From assembly GCA_041483195.1 (NCBI GenBank), contig JBGPFC010000004.1, positions 32,001 through 96,000 on the forward strand: a DNA stretch of 64,000 bases, in the 5' to 3' direction. Position numbers and translations under genes: made by a program. The notes below the pieces were generated by a model. It was not told the DNA's origin, searched no databases, and saw only the letters and a list, made by a program, of their open reading frames with translations. Every line of letters begins with the position of its first letter. Position 1 is the first letter of the stretch. Positions 48,051-58,740 of the stretch are shown here, in pieces. The DNA is from Candidatus Eiseniibacteriota bacterium. Its GTDB lineage: Bacteria > Eisenbacteria > RBG-16-71-46.

Positions 48051-49282
48051 GACCCGGCCCCCGCCGGCCGCGCCGCGCGGCCGCCGCCGGCGAACAACGC
48101 GTAGAGCCGCTCGAAATTGCGATCCGCGTCGAAGGCATCGGCCACGCTCGAGCGCGCAGCATCGCTCATCCGGTCGATCCGCGCGGGCTCGCGGATCAGC
48201 GCCTCGATCGCGTCAGCGAGCGCGACGGGATCCTCGGGCGGCACGAGCCAGCCGGTCTCGCCGTGGACGATCGCCTCCTCGAGCCCCGCGGCGCGCGCGC
48301 CGACGCATGGCAGCCCCATCGCCAGCGCCTCGACGATGACGTTCGGAATCCCGTCGCGCCGGCCGTTCGCGAGCACGCGGCTCGGCGCCAGCAGCAGCCA
48401 CGCGCGCCGGTAGAGCGGCAACAACTCGGTCTGAGCGATCCAGCCGCGGATCTCGACCTGCGGCGCGACGCCGCCCTCGCGAGCGAGCCGCTCGAGGCGC
48501 GGCCGTTCCGGCCCGTCGCCCACGAACATCACGCGCGGCCTGATCCCGCGGCGCGCGAGCACGGCAAGCGCCTCGACCGCGAGATCGAATCCCTTGGTCT
48601 CGGCGAGCCGGCCCACCGCGACCAGCAGCGGTTCCGGATCGCGCGCGCGTCCCACTCCGTTGAAGCGCGAGCGATCCACGCCATGGTAGATCCACTCGAT
48701 GCGCGCGCCGTCCCCCGCGAGCGCGCGCAGCATGTCTGCGTTGCCGCGCACGCAGGTCGCGACGAAATCCGCGGCCCGCGCCTTCTGCGCGAGGAAGGCC
48801 TGGGTGCGGTAGAGATCGGAGCCGGCGTGACCCGCCATGCTGAACCTGCACCCGGTGAGCCGCGCGGCGAGATAGGCAACGGTGGCCGGAAAATGCGCCC
48901 AGGCGCCGTGCACGCGCTCCGCGCCATCGGCCTCGATCAGCGTCGCGACCCGCGCCGCTGCGGGCAGGTACCCGAGGTGGCCGGCGAGCGCGTACAGGCT
49001 GCCGCGCGACGCCCACAGCAGGCGCGCGACCTCCGGCACCAGCACCCGCGGGCGGCGCATCAGCCACCCGAGGAGCGCGGCCCACGAGCGCGGATCGAGC
49101 GGCGAGCCGACGCACACCGTGATCGGCAGCAGCGCCGCGTACTCCGGCTGAAAGTTGGCGCGCAGCGGGCGCAGCGTGTAAACGCGCACCGCCACGCCGC
49201 GCCGGCGCAGGCGGAGGATCTCGTTCTCGATGAACGCCGCGAAGGTGGGAAACGTCGTCGTGACGTATGCGATCGGCTTCAC
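48047..49282 (-). CDS. glycosyltransferase family 4 (WcaL-like)
   Basis: VGRLAETKG, RDGIPNVIVEALAMG. Confidence 0.88.
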   Translation of the reverse strand: MKPIAYVTTTFPTFAAFIENEILRLRRRGVAVRVYTLRPLRANFQPEYAALLPITVCVGSPLDPRSWAALLGWLMRRPRVLVPEVARLLWASRGSLYALAGHLGYLPAAARVATLIEADGAERVHGAWAHFPATVAYLAARLTGCRFSMAGHAGSDLYRTQAFLAQKARAADFVATCVRGNADMLRALAGDGARIEWIYHGVDRSRFNGVGRARDPEPLLVAVGRLAETKGFDLAVEALAVLARRGIRPRVMFVGDGPERPRLERLAREGGVAPQVEIRGWIAQTELLPLYRRAWLLLAPSRVLANGRRDGIPNVIVEALAMGLPCVGARAAGLEEAIVHGETGWLVPPEDPVALADAIEALIREPARIDRMSDAARSSVADAFDADRNFERLYALFAGGGRAARPAGAGS

Positions 49283-50409
49283 CGCGCCTCCCCTCCCGCG
49301 GCCCCGATGTAGAACGCCTCGTGAGCGCGCACCATCGCCTCGATGCTGAGGCGCTCGACCACCGCACGGTGCGCCGCGGCCCCGCGCCGCGCCGCCTCGG
49401 CGGGATCGCGCAGCGCGGATTCGATCGCGGTCGCGAGCGCCTCCGGCTCGCCGGGCGGCACCAGCCACCCGGTCACGCCGTCCTGCATCACCTCGGGGGT
49501 GCCGCCCACCGCGGTGGCGATCGAGGGTCGCGATGCGGCCATCGCCTCGAGCAGCGCGTTGGGAATCCCTTCCTCGCGCGAGGAGAGGACGAATACGTCC
49601 ATCGCAGGGAGCAGGCGCTCGACGTCCCCCCGCTCGCCGAGGAACCGCACGCGCGAGCCGAGGCCCAGCGCGCGCGCCCGCGATTCCAGCGCCGCGCGCT
49701 CCGGCCCCTCGCCGACCAGCGCCAGCTCCGGTTCGATTCCGCGCCGCGCGAGCGCGGCCAGCGCCTCCAGCAGCGTGCCGTAGTCCTTGCGCGGCGCGAG
49801 GCAGCCCACGCTCCCGATCACGGCGCCGCTTCCGTTCACGCCGAGCGCGGAGCGATCGGGCGCGGCGGCCGCGAAGCGCGCGGCGTCCACGCCGTTGGGG
49901 ATGACCGTGATGCGTTCGCGCGGAACGCCGAGCGCGACGACGGTCTCGGCCACCGCCTCGCTCACCGCCGTCACGTGGGTGGCGAGCCGGTGCGTGAAGC
50001 GCTGCACCCGGGCCTGGCGCGGCGTCTCGAACGCATCGATGTTGCGCTTCGCGACCGCGATCACGCGCACGCCCGCACATCTTCCGGCGAGCACCGCGAA
50101 CAGGTTGGGTCCGAACAGATAGCCGTGGATCACGTCGGGACGGAAGCTCAGCACGAGGTGGAGCAGGCGCAGGAGTCCGCGTGCGCCCGATGCGTCGTAC
50201 ACGCGCCGCCCGACGCCCAGCACCCGCACCGGCCATCCCAGCGCTGCGACCTCCCCGGCGAACTGGCCTTCGTTGCGGAAGCAGGCGATCTCGACCTCGA
50301 AGCGCGAGCGGTCGATGCGCCGCCAGAGCTCGAGCAGGTGGCGCTCGGCCCCTCCGGCCACGAAATTGCCGACCACGAACAGCACGCGCAGTCGCGCGCG
50401 GGCGCTCAT
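49279..50409 (-). CDS. glycosyltransferase family 4
   Basis: GGAERH, VIPNGVD, DVFVLSSREEGIPNALLEAMA. Confidence 0.9.
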   Translation of the reverse strand: MSARARLRVLFVVGNFVAGGAERHLLELWRRIDRSRFEVEIACFRNEGQFAGEVAALGWPVRVLGVGRRVYDASGARGLLRLLHLVLSFRPDVIHGYLFGPNLFAVLAGRCAGVRVIAVAKRNIDAFETPRQARVQRFTHRLATHVTAVSEAVAETVVALGVPRERITVIPNGVDAARFAAAAPDRSALGVNGSGAVIGSVGCLAPRKDYGTLLEALAALARRGIEPELALVGEGPERAALESRARALGLGSRVRFLGERGDVERLLPAMDVFVLSSREEGIPNALLEAMAASRPSIATAVGGTPEVMQDGVTGWLVPPGEPEALATAIESALRDPAEAARRGAAAHRAVVERLSIEAMVRAHEAFYIGAAGGEAR

Positions 50410-51419
50410 GGCTGCGGCCCGGTCCCGCGCAGGCGGTCGAACGCGCCGTCGAGCTCCGCGCGCGCCAGCCGCCGCGAGAAGCGCCCGTCGGGGCCGAGGC
50501 ACGCGCCATCCGAGAGGCCGCGCCGCGGGAGCTCGAAACGCGCCGCCGCCGGAGCGACGTCGCCGGCGCGCGTCGTGACCGCGTATTCGAGACCGCGCGC
50601 CCGGGCGATCGCGACGCTCGCCGCGTCGTAGTCGCCCCCGGGATAGGCGAGCCCGCGCGGTCGCACGCCCAGCCGCCGCTCGATCCGATCGATCGAACCC
50701 GCGATCTCGCGATCCTGCGCGGGACGATCGAGCAGGCTCAGGAACGGATGACTCAACGTGTGGGCGCCGAGCTCCATGCCGGCCTCGGCCAGTCGCGTCG
50801 CCTGATCCCAGGTCGCGAGCTCGCACGGCGCCGGGTCGCGCACCTCCAACCGTTCGCGCAGCGCATCGAGCGCCGCGCGCTGGGTGGCCGGTTCGCTCCG
50901 CAGCCCGGGCAGCAGCGCGCGCAGCGCGCGCGCGCGCGACCCCGGATCGCGGAGCGGGAGCGCTGCGGCCCGGCTCCCGCGATCGATCGCGGGAATCTCC
51001 GCGGCGCGCGTCGCCTCGAGCGCGTGCGCCAGCTCGTCCCACCATGGCGCGCGGCGCTCGTCGATGAGCCCGGCCGCGAGGTAGAACGTGGCGCGCGCGC
51101 CGCGCGCGCTCAGCAGCGGCAGGGCGCGCGTGACGTTGTCGGCGTACCCGTCGTCGAAGCTCATCGCGACGCGATGCCCCGGCTCGCCTGCGCCGAGGGC
51201 GGCGAGGCCCTCCGCGACCGTGACCGGGGTCATCCCGAGCGCGACCAGCATGTCGAGCTGCGCCGCGAGCACGCTCTCGCTCACCCCCAGCCGGTAGAGC
51301 GGCCGCTCGCCGTCACCATACACGCGGTGATGGCGGACGATCGTGAGCCGCGGCCCGGCGGCGCCGTTCCGCGCGCGCGGGGCGAGGCTCATGATCCAGC
51401 GGATCGCGCGCCCGCTCAC
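50406..51419 (-). CDS. polysaccharide deacetylase
   Basis: MSFDDGYADN, ELGAHTLSHPFL, LAYPGG. Confidence 0.88.
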   Translation of the reverse strand: MSGRAIRWIMSLAPRARNGAAGPRLTIVRHHRVYGDGERPLYRLGVSESVLAAQLDMLVALGMTPVTVAEGLAALGAGEPGHRVAMSFDDGYADNVTRALPLLSARGARATFYLAAGLIDERRAPWWDELAHALEATRAAEIPAIDRGSRAAALPLRDPGSRARALRALLPGLRSEPATQRAALDALRERLEVRDPAPCELATWDQATRLAEAGMELGAHTLSHPFLSLLDRPAQDREIAGSIDRIERRLGVRPRGLAYPGGDYDAASVAIARARGLEYAVTTRAGDVAPAAARFELPRRGLSDGACLGPDGRFSRRLARAELDGAFDRLRGTGPQP

Positions 51420-52858
51420 GCCGCGGATCCTTTCGACTCGTCCACGATGTCGCTCGCGAGGGCGCACAGCAGCCAGAAATTCCCGGTGATGACGATCGGG
51501 AAGAAGCGGTCGCCGAACGCGCAGCAGGCGGCGAGCGTGAGCGTCGCCCCCATCAGGCCCACGCCCAGCTGGCGATCGAACGGCGAAGCCGCGCGCCGCG
51601 CCGCATCGCGCGCGAGCGCGAGACACTTCCAGAGCAGCCACAGGAAGAATGCGAGGCCGAAGATCCCCATCTCGCCGAGGAAGCGCAGGTAGGTGTTGTG
51701 GGCCGAGTCCTTCACCTCCACGCCGAGCGCGGTGCCGGTCTCGGGCAGCACGTAGCCGAGACCCGCGAACCCGACGCCATCCAGCGGGTGGCTGGTCACG
51801 ACCTCGAGGATCGCGCGCCAGGTATCGATCCGCAGCTGCGATGAGGATTCGAGCGTCGTCGCGTCCTCATCGCCGCTCTCGACCTGGGTGTGCAGGATGC
51901 GGTCCTTCACGTAGTCGGGCGTCCAGAGCGGCGAGGTCAGGAGCACGGCGAGCACCACGAAGGTGAGCACGCGCGAGCTGCGGAAGGCGACGAACAGCAA
52001 TCCCACGCCGAGCGCTGCGATCGCGCCCCGCGACACCGTGAACAGCACCGCGACCGTCCCGGCGACGACCGCCCCCGTGATCAGCAGCTTCCCGACCAGC
52101 CGGCGCGTCCCGGGAACCAGCGCGGCCGCGAACACCGTGAAGATCGCGAGGAACGCGCCCAGATCGTTGGACTGCCCGAACGAGCCGGTCGCCCGCCCGG
52201 CATGGCCGCTGCGGCCATAGAGGATCGTCACGATCGCCTCGGCGGCGAGTCCCACGACCACCGCGGCGCTCAGCATGCGTCGATCCTTCGGGCCGCGGGT
52301 CATCGCGTAGCCGATGAAATAGCACATGAACGTCATGCTGGTGCGGAACCACTGGAGGCCCGCGTCGGTCGCGTCGTATCGATAACCGGTGGGAAACGCC
52401 GCGCCGCGCAACACCGCGAGGCCGGTCATGAGGATCAGGCCCGAGAGCAGCAGATCGAGCGGGCCGCGCCGGAAGAACCACTGGCCGCGCGCCACGCGCG
52501 ACACCGCCCAGAACGAGAACACCGAGAACAGCAGCAGGTTCACGGGGTTCACGCCCGGAATCGGCACCTTCGGAATCCAGGGCAGGAACGGGGTGAGCAC
52601 CGGCAGCGCGAACAGTCCGACCCGCGGCCACACCACCATGCCCGCGAGCAGGCCCGCCCCGAGCAGGATCTTCACGAGCCGATGCGCGTCCTGCCCGAAA
52701 CGGTAGTCGAGCAAGACGAAGAGCGCGACGATCGCCACGCCGGCCGCGGAACCGCCCAGCACGATGAACCCGACCGGCATCGCGCGGGCGTGACGGCGCG
52801 CGGTCTCGCGCGCCTCGCGGACGGTGGAGCCGGGTGAGATGGGGGGATCGAGGGTCAT
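51416..52858 (-). CDS. O-antigen ligase / Wzy polymerase family protein
   Basis: Multi-TM; TVSRGA, RIDTW, HPLDGVG, AHNTYLRFLGEMGIFG. Confidence 0.88.
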   Translation of the reverse strand: MTLDPPISPGSTVREARETARRHARAMPVGFIVLGGSAAGVAIVALFVLLDYRFGQDAHRLVKILLGAGLLAGMVVWPRVGLFALPVLTPFLPWIPKVPIPGVNPVNLLLFSVFSFWAVSRVARGQWFFRRGPLDLLLSGLILMTGLAVLRGAAFPTGYRYDATDAGLQWFRTSMTFMCYFIGYAMTRGPKDRRMLSAAVVVGLAAEAIVTILYGRSGHAGRATGSFGQSNDLGAFLAIFTVFAAALVPGTRRLVGKLLITGAVVAGTVAVLFTVSRGAIAALGVGLLFVAFRSSRVLTFVVLAVLLTSPLWTPDYVKDRILHTQVESGDEDATTLESSSQLRIDTWRAILEVVTSHPLDGVGFAGLGYVLPETGTALGVEVKDSAHNTYLRFLGEMGIFGLAFFLWLLWKCLALARDAARRAASPFDRQLGVGLMGATLTLAACCAFGDRFFPIVITGNFWLLCALASDIVDESKGSAA

Positions 52859-53874
52859 GCCGGCTTCTCCGCCTCGCGCGATGAACGGAGCACGACGCGC
52901 CGCTGCCGCCCGAGCGGCGCCGCGATTCCCTCGCGCGCCCAGCGCTGCCGGCGGAGCCCCGCGCGCCAGCCGGAAGGCAGCAGGCTCGCCGCCCACGCCG
53001 CGCTCACCGCGACCGCGCGCTCCGGGAAGATCCACGCGAGCTTGAGCCAGCGCCGGCACTCGTCCGCGCGCCCCTCGCGCATCGCCGCGATCGCGAGCTT
53101 GTAGTGCGCGAGCGCCGCGCGTCGCCGCGCGCGGCGGCGCAGCCCGGCCGGGAGCGTCCCGTCATCCGCGAGCCGCCGGAACAGGATGGCGTTCCCGGTG
53201 AGCCGCGCCTCGAGCTGGCGCGTGAGACCGCCCACGCGATGCTGGTAGCGCACCAGCGCGCGGGACGAGCCGGCCGCCGGGCCGCGGCGCGCGAGACGGA
53301 TCCAGAGATCCAGGTCCTCCGCGTGCGTCATGTCCTCGCGAAATCCGTCGAGCGCATCGATCGCGTCCCGGCGCACGATCACCGACGACGTCAGGACGAA
53401 GTTGACCTCGAACAGCTCGGCGAGCGGCGACCCCAGATAGTGCGGATCGAGCACGGCGTAGTGCGCGAGCCAGGATGGCTCGAGCACCCCCTCCAGCGTG
53501 CGGAAGGCGCCGTCGCTGAAGAACCACAGGGCCCGGGGCGCCGCCGCGAGCGCGGCGCCCGCGGTCTCGAGCTTGTCGGGAAACCAGAGATCGTCTGCAT
53601 CGAGGAACGCGACCCACGGCGAGCGCGCCGCGCGCCATCCCGCGTTGCGCGCGGCGGCGGCGGAGCCGAAGCGCCCGCGCACCACGCGCACCCGGTCGCC
53701 ATACCTTCGCTCGACGGCGTCGCCGGTGCCGTCTCCAGAGTCATCGTCCACCACCACCACCTCGGCCGGGGCGAGTGACTGCTCGAGCGCTGAGGCCACC
53801 GCTTCGATCACGTCGGGCATTCCATCGTGCGCCGGGATCACGGCGGCGACGCGAAACTCCGTGGCGGTCGCCAT
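52855..53874 (-). CDS. glycosyltransferase family 2
   Basis: VVVDDDSGD, AARNAG, AFLDADDLWFPDKLE, AEDLDLW. Confidence 0.92.
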   Translation of the reverse strand: MATATEFRVAAVIPAHDGMPDVIEAVASALEQSLAPAEVVVVDDDSGDGTGDAVERRYGDRVRVVRGRFGSAAAARNAGWRAARSPWVAFLDADDLWFPDKLETAGAALAAAPRALWFFSDGAFRTLEGVLEPSWLAHYAVLDPHYLGSPLAELFEVNFVLTSSVIVRRDAIDALDGFREDMTHAEDLDLWIRLARRGPAAGSSRALVRYQHRVGGLTRQLEARLTGNAILFRRLADDGTLPAGLRRRARRRAALAHYKLAIAAMREGRADECRRWLKLAWIFPERAVAVSAAWAASLLPSGWRAGLRRQRWAREGIAAPLGRQRRVVLRSSREAEKPA

Positions 53875-53876
53875 CG

Positions 53877-55415
53877 TTATCCGGCGATCCCGGCCGCCGC
53901 CGGCTTTCGCCCGAACAGCGCCGGCACCATGATGAGCCAGCGTTCGCGCTCGCCCGCGTTCATGCCGAAGCGCCACGCGAACCACGCGAAGACCGCCCAG
54001 CACCCGCCGGTCGCGGCCGCGAGCGGCACCCAGCCGACCGGATGCCAGAGCCACTCCACGGCCAGCGCGGGGATCGCGAACGCGAGGCACGCGAGCCCGG
54101 GGCGGCCCATGCCCTCCCACAGGTAGCGCGAGAACGGCATCTCGAGCGCGTGACAGGCGTAGAGCATCATCGCCATCCCGCTGATCAATCCGAGGGGGAT
54201 CGCCGTCCCCATCGCGACGCCGGTGAGCCCGAACGGCTTCACCCACCAGATCGAGAGTCCCAGGTTGAGCAGCGCGTTGAGCATGGAGAGCGTCACGACG
54301 CCCTTGTGCCGGCTCACCCCGAACAGCAGCGCCGAGGCGGCGGACTGCGGCAGCGAGATCAGCGTGGGAACCGCGAGGATCGCGAGCAGCGATGACGCCG
54401 AGGCATACTGCGGGCCCACCCACGTCACGAGAAACCCGCGCCCGAAGACGAGCAGGCCGGCCAGCACCGGCCAGCTCAACAGCACCGAGTACATCGAACC
54501 CGCGATCAGCATGGCGTGCAGCTTTCCGGTCTCACCCCGGGTCTCCAGCTCGCTCGCGGTCGGCGAAAGCACGTAGGTCGCGGAGTGCACGATCGCGCGG
54601 ACGTTTTCGACCAGTCCGGCCGCGAGCGCGAACGGCGTGACCGCGGCGGCGCTCATGAACGCCGTGATGACCAGCGCGTCGGTCTGGAACGTGATGCTGG
54701 TCGCGAGCGCGCCCAGGATCGCGATGCCCCCGTACGACCCGATCAACGAGACGTGGTCGCGCGTGACGAAGCGCAAGCCGTAGCGAAGGCCGGGGAGCAG
54801 GCGGCGCACCGCGATCCACGAGAGCAGGTAACCGATCAGGCTCATCGCCAGCGAGGCCCACGCGAGCCCTACCAGTCCGCCGCCGAGACGCAGCACCGCG
54901 ACGAACGCGAGCGCGCGCACGATGGCGACCGCGATGCCGATGCCGTTGCCCAGGTCGTAGCGCTGGAGGCCCGAGAGCACCGCGCCGTACACGCCGAGCG
55001 GAAACCCGACCGCCACCGAGCCGCCCGCCACCAGCACCACGGTGGAGGCGACCCTGGCGTTCGCCGGGTCGATGTGAAACCAGTGCACGAACCGCGCGGC
55101 CACCACCGCCGTCACCCCGAGCGCGATCAGGCCCACCACCGTGAACAGCGCGATGGCGGTGTTCACGGTGCGCTCGAGGCCCTCACGGTCGTCGCGCGCG
55201 TGATCGCGCGAGATGTATCTCACGAGCGAGGGACGGATGCCCTGATCGAAGAGCCCGAAGTAGCCGGTGAACGAGAACACCGTGACCCACAGCCCGTACG
55301 ATCCGTCGCCCATGACGTGGACCATGATCGGGGTGATGACGAGTCCGATCAGCCCGCCCATGATGAAGCGCAGGTAGTTGGTGACGACGTTCTTGAATAC
55401 GCGAATGCTGCGCAC
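53877..55415 (-). CDS. wzx: polysaccharide flippase (Wzx/MOP family)
   Basis: About 12-14 TM segments; YGLW...FDQGI N-terminal motif. Confidence 0.85.
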   Translation of the reverse strand: MRSIRVFKNVVTNYLRFIMGGLIGLVITPIMVHVMGDGSYGLWVTVFSFTGYFGLFDQGIRPSLVRYISRDHARDDREGLERTVNTAIALFTVVGLIALGVTAVVAARFVHWFHIDPANARVASTVVLVAGGSVAVGFPLGVYGAVLSGLQRYDLGNGIGIAVAIVRALAFVAVLRLGGGLVGLAWASLAMSLIGYLLSWIAVRRLLPGLRYGLRFVTRDHVSLIGSYGGIAILGALATSITFQTDALVITAFMSAAAVTPFALAAGLVENVRAIVHSATYVLSPTASELETRGETGKLHAMLIAGSMYSVLLSWPVLAGLLVFGRGFLVTWVGPQYASASSLLAILAVPTLISLPQSAASALLFGVSRHKGVVTLSMLNALLNLGLSIWWVKPFGLTGVAMGTAIPLGLISGMAMMLYACHALEMPFSRYLWEGMGRPGLACLAFAIPALAVEWLWHPVGWVPLAAATGGCWAVFAWFAWRFGMNAGERERWLIMVPALFGRKPAAAGIAG

Positions 55416-55524
55416 CCGCGAAGCCCTCCCTGCCGGATGAGACGCGAGGCCGCGATCTACCCGGTGCGTGGATCCCGGACGGCGGGCCCGGTCCGCGCGT
55501 GACCCGAACGGCCGATGGGCCGCG

Positions 55525-57765
55525 TCAGGACTCTCCCCCGGCCACTTCCGTGGTATAGCCGTAGGTGTTCGAGCGGTAACCGTAGTACTGCGGAAGAATC
55601 TCGCCGGCGTCGTTGAGCAGCACGCCCAGCACGTTGTCGCGCGCCTCGCGCTGCACCTTGACCCCGTACTCCGCGGCCTTGCGCACCGTGCTCCCGGCCT
55701 TGATCACGTAGAGCACGCCTTCGACCGCCCGGCCCAGGATGAGCGAATCCGGCACCGCGAGGTTGGGCGCGGAGTCGATCAGCACCAGCGGCCAGCGAGA
55801 CGAGGCCTCGCGCACGAACCAGTCCACGCTCTCCGAGTCGATCAACTCCGAGGCCGGGCGCTCGCTCTTGCCCGCCGGAAGGAAATCGAGGCCGGGCAGC
55901 ACCGTCTGCCGCACGAAGCGCTCGTCGAAGCTGCGCTGCTTCAGCATCTGCGCCAGCCCCCAGCTGCTGCTCGGCACGCCGAGGGCGCGGTGCAGCGCGG
56001 GGCTGCGCAGATCGAAGTCCACCAGCAGGAGTTTCTCGTGCGCCTCGCGGGCGAGCGTGATCGCGAGGCAGGCCGTGGTCGTGGTCTTGCCCTCGCCGCG
56101 GGTCGCGCTGGTGATGAGCAGCGTGCGCGGCAGCGTGCGCCCGCGCGACTTCGCGAGGTTGAGGTAGATCCGGCGGAACTCGAGACCCAGCGGACTCTCG
56201 ACCTTGAGGCGGTGCAGCAGCCCGCCGTCGCGCGCGGCCGGCAACCCGGGCGCGGAGGTCGTGATCGGGCGCGCGCGCCGCGACGAACGCTCGAGATCCT
56301 CCACCCGGGGAATCGCGCCCAGCACCGGGAGCCCGAGCAGATTCTCCACCTCTTCGGCGTTCTTCATGGACTGGTCGTGCTGCTCGACGACCAGCACGGT
56401 GCCGATCCCGATCAGCCCGCCCACCAGGAAGGCGAGCACCACCAGCAGCGGCCGGTTCGGCTTGCCCGGCGCGCGCGGCAGGTTGGCGGGTTCGAGCACG
56501 CTGAAGCGGCCGCTCAGCTTCGCGTTCTCGAACGCCTCGGAGATCTGCGCGGCGGCCGACTGCTGGAGGAACGAATTGTAGAGCGCCTGATTGTTGTCAA
56601 CTTCCTGCTGGAGGCGGGCGAGCGCGAGGTCGCGATCGGGAGAGGCCACGGCGGTGCGTTCGAACTGCGCGACCTGGTCCGCGAGATAGACGCGGCGCGC
56701 CTGGCGCGCCACCAGATCGGACTGCGCCATGCGCAGGCGCACCAGCAGGTCGCGCACGTCCGCCGGGAGCGCCGGCAGCGCGATCGCGGCGCCGCGCTGA
56801 TAAGCCGCATCGAGCTCCGAGGACTTGCGCGCCAGCGACGAGCGGATCGCCGCGCCCTGGTCGCCGGTGGCGTCGGTGAGCAGCGCGGCGGCCAGCTGGC
56901 GCTCGAGCGCCACGACCTGATCCGCGAGGTTCGAGGTCTCGGCCGTTGTGAGCAGCCCCGCGTCGTTGTCCCGCACCTTGCCGGTGAGCTGGGTGCGGAT
57001 GTCCTCGACCCGCTGGCGCTGGCTCTCGATCTCGAGGTCGGCCTGATCGGCCAGCCCGCGGGCGCGCACCAGGTTGTTGGGCGTCACGGCGGCGCCCGAG
57101 ATGGTGTTCGCGATCGACGCGCGGCGCGCCGCGTCGAGCCGGGCCTGGCTCTCGTCCAGCTTGTGCTTGTAGATCTGCTGCTGCTCGACGCTGAACTCCT
57201 GGGTCGCGCGCACCGCCTCGAGCTGGGCGGCCTTCGACGAGAGCACGAACTGATTCGACACCGCCTCCGCGAATCGCCGCGCCCGCTCACGCGTGTAGTC
57301 TCCGACCGCGATCTGGAACACGTCGCCGCGATTGCGGCGGATCGTGATCGCGTCCCGCAGGTGGTCGATCAGCGCGGCCTCGATCGTCTCCTCCGCGGTC
57401 TGGCCGGGATCGGGGCGCCGCGACTTGAGCGCCCACGCGCGGGTCTCGAGGTCGCTCATCATGCCGGACGCGGTGATGACGGTGCGCAGGAACAGGCTAC
57501 TCTGCACCTGCTCGCGCATGATCTCGGCCTGCTGGTCCGCCCCGCCGCCCCCGCCCACCATGCCGCCGAGCGGGCCCGAGAGCTGGGTCGGATGCTCGAG
57601 CAGGAGCGTCACGTTGCTGAAGTAGATGGGCTTGAGCAGCAGCGCGGCGGCGACCCCCGCCAGCGTGGCGATCGTCCACGGCGCGATCAACAGCCACTTG
57701 CGGCGCGCGACGATCCGGAGGATGGCGCCCGGATCGATCGAAGGAGCGGATGGCGTTTCGGTCAT
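55525..57765 (-). CDS. wzc: polysaccharide co-polymerase / tyrosine autokinase (Wzc-like)
   Basis: Wzz N-domain, coiled coil, SATRGEGKTT, DFDLRSP, IDSAP, C-terminal Tyr cluster YYGYRSNTYGY. Confidence 0.92.
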   Translation of the reverse strand: MTETPSAPSIDPGAILRIVARRKWLLIAPWTIATLAGVAAALLLKPIYFSNVTLLLEHPTQLSGPLGGMVGGGGGADQQAEIMREQVQSSLFLRTVITASGMMSDLETRAWALKSRRPDPGQTAEETIEAALIDHLRDAITIRRNRGDVFQIAVGDYTRERARRFAEAVSNQFVLSSKAAQLEAVRATQEFSVEQQQIYKHKLDESQARLDAARRASIANTISGAAVTPNNLVRARGLADQADLEIESQRQRVEDIRTQLTGKVRDNDAGLLTTAETSNLADQVVALERQLAAALLTDATGDQGAAIRSSLARKSSELDAAYQRGAAIALPALPADVRDLLVRLRMAQSDLVARQARRVYLADQVAQFERTAVASPDRDLALARLQQEVDNNQALYNSFLQQSAAAQISEAFENAKLSGRFSVLEPANLPRAPGKPNRPLLVVLAFLVGGLIGIGTVLVVEQHDQSMKNAEEVENLLGLPVLGAIPRVEDLERSSRRARPITTSAPGLPAARDGGLLHRLKVESPLGLEFRRIYLNLAKSRGRTLPRTLLITSATRGEGKTTTTACLAITLAREAHEKLLLVDFDLRSPALHRALGVPSSSWGLAQMLKQRSFDERFVRQTVLPGLDFLPAGKSERPASELIDSESVDWFVREASSRWPLVLIDSAPNLAVPDSLILGRAVEGVLYVIKAGSTVRKAAEYGVKVQREARDNVLGVLLNDAGEILPQYYGYRSNTYGYTTEVAGGES

Positions 57766-57771
57766 GGCGTC

Positions 57772-58740
57772 CTAGGGCGTGCTGCGATGCTTGATCGCGT
57801 CGCTGATCAGGATGATGTTCGCGACGTCGCGCGAAACGGCGAGCAGTTGCGTGAAGCCGCCCCAGGTGCGGGCGAAGCCGCTTGCCCCGGTGGGCGTCAC
57901 GACGATCACGTCGCCGCGCTGCACGAGGGTCGGGGCGCCGCCGCCGTGCTGGAGAATTTCCTTCAGGTTGAGCGACGTGACCTGCTGACCGTCGGCGCTC
58001 ACCTTGATGACGCGCACCTTGGTCAGGTCGCCACGGCCCGTGATCCCACCCGCCTGAGCGAGGAGCATCCACAGGTTCATGCCTCCGCTCACCGAGTAGA
58101 GCCCGGGCTTGGCGACCTCGCCGATCACGGCGGCCGCGTCTCCCGGCACCGCCCCGAACGCGCCGGCGAAGGATGGAACGACGATGGTGTCGCCGGGCTT
58201 GATGTCCGGCAGACCGCCGCCTGTGCCCTCGCGCAACGAGGTCGCGACGTCCGCGATGATGATGCGGCGCGCATCGCCTTCCTTTCGCAGGATCTGCACC
58301 CGCGTGAGGTCCGCGCCCGGCACGCCGCCGCCCGCGCCGTTCAGCACGTCGACCAGCCCCGGGATGCGCTCGAACCCGTAGCGTCCGGGCGCGCCCACCG
58401 CGCCCTGCACGTAGACGCTCTGGCTCATGTATTGCGCCACCGTCACGGTGACGGTCACCGTCTCGCGCAGGTAGGACGACAGCCGGTCCGCGATGCGGTC
58501 GGAGAGCTGCGCGGTGGTGATCCCCGCCGCCTTCAGCGATCCGATCGGAGGGAAGATGATGTTGCCGTCGGAGTCGATGGCGACCTTGCGCTCGAGCTCC
58601 GGGTGACGCCAGACCGAGAGCGCGATCACGTCGTCGGAGCCGAGCACGTAGTCCGCCGCCCGCGCGGCGATCGCCGCGGGTCCGCCGAGCAGCAGCATCG
58701 TCAGCGCTCCGCACTTCAGCCAGCGCAGCCCTCGCCTCAT
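57772..58740 (-). CDS. wza: polysaccharide export protein (Wza-like, SLBB domains)
   Basis: YVLGSDDVI, DGNIIFPPIG, VYVQGAVGAPGRY, VIGEVAKPGLY. Confidence 0.88.
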   Translation of the reverse strand: MRRGLRWLKCGALTMLLLGGPAAIAARAADYVLGSDDVIALSVWRHPELERKVAIDSDGNIIFPPIGSLKAAGITTAQLSDRIADRLSSYLRETVTVTVTVAQYMSQSVYVQGAVGAPGRYGFERIPGLVDVLNGAGGGVPGADLTRVQILRKEGDARRIIIADVATSLREGTGGGLPDIKPGDTIVVPSFAGAFGAVPGDAAAVIGEVAKPGLYSVSGGMNLWMLLAQAGGITGRGDLTKVRVIKVSADGQQVTSLNLKEILQHGGGAPTLVQRGDVIVVTPTGASGFARTWGGFTQLLAVSRDVANIILISDAIKHRSTP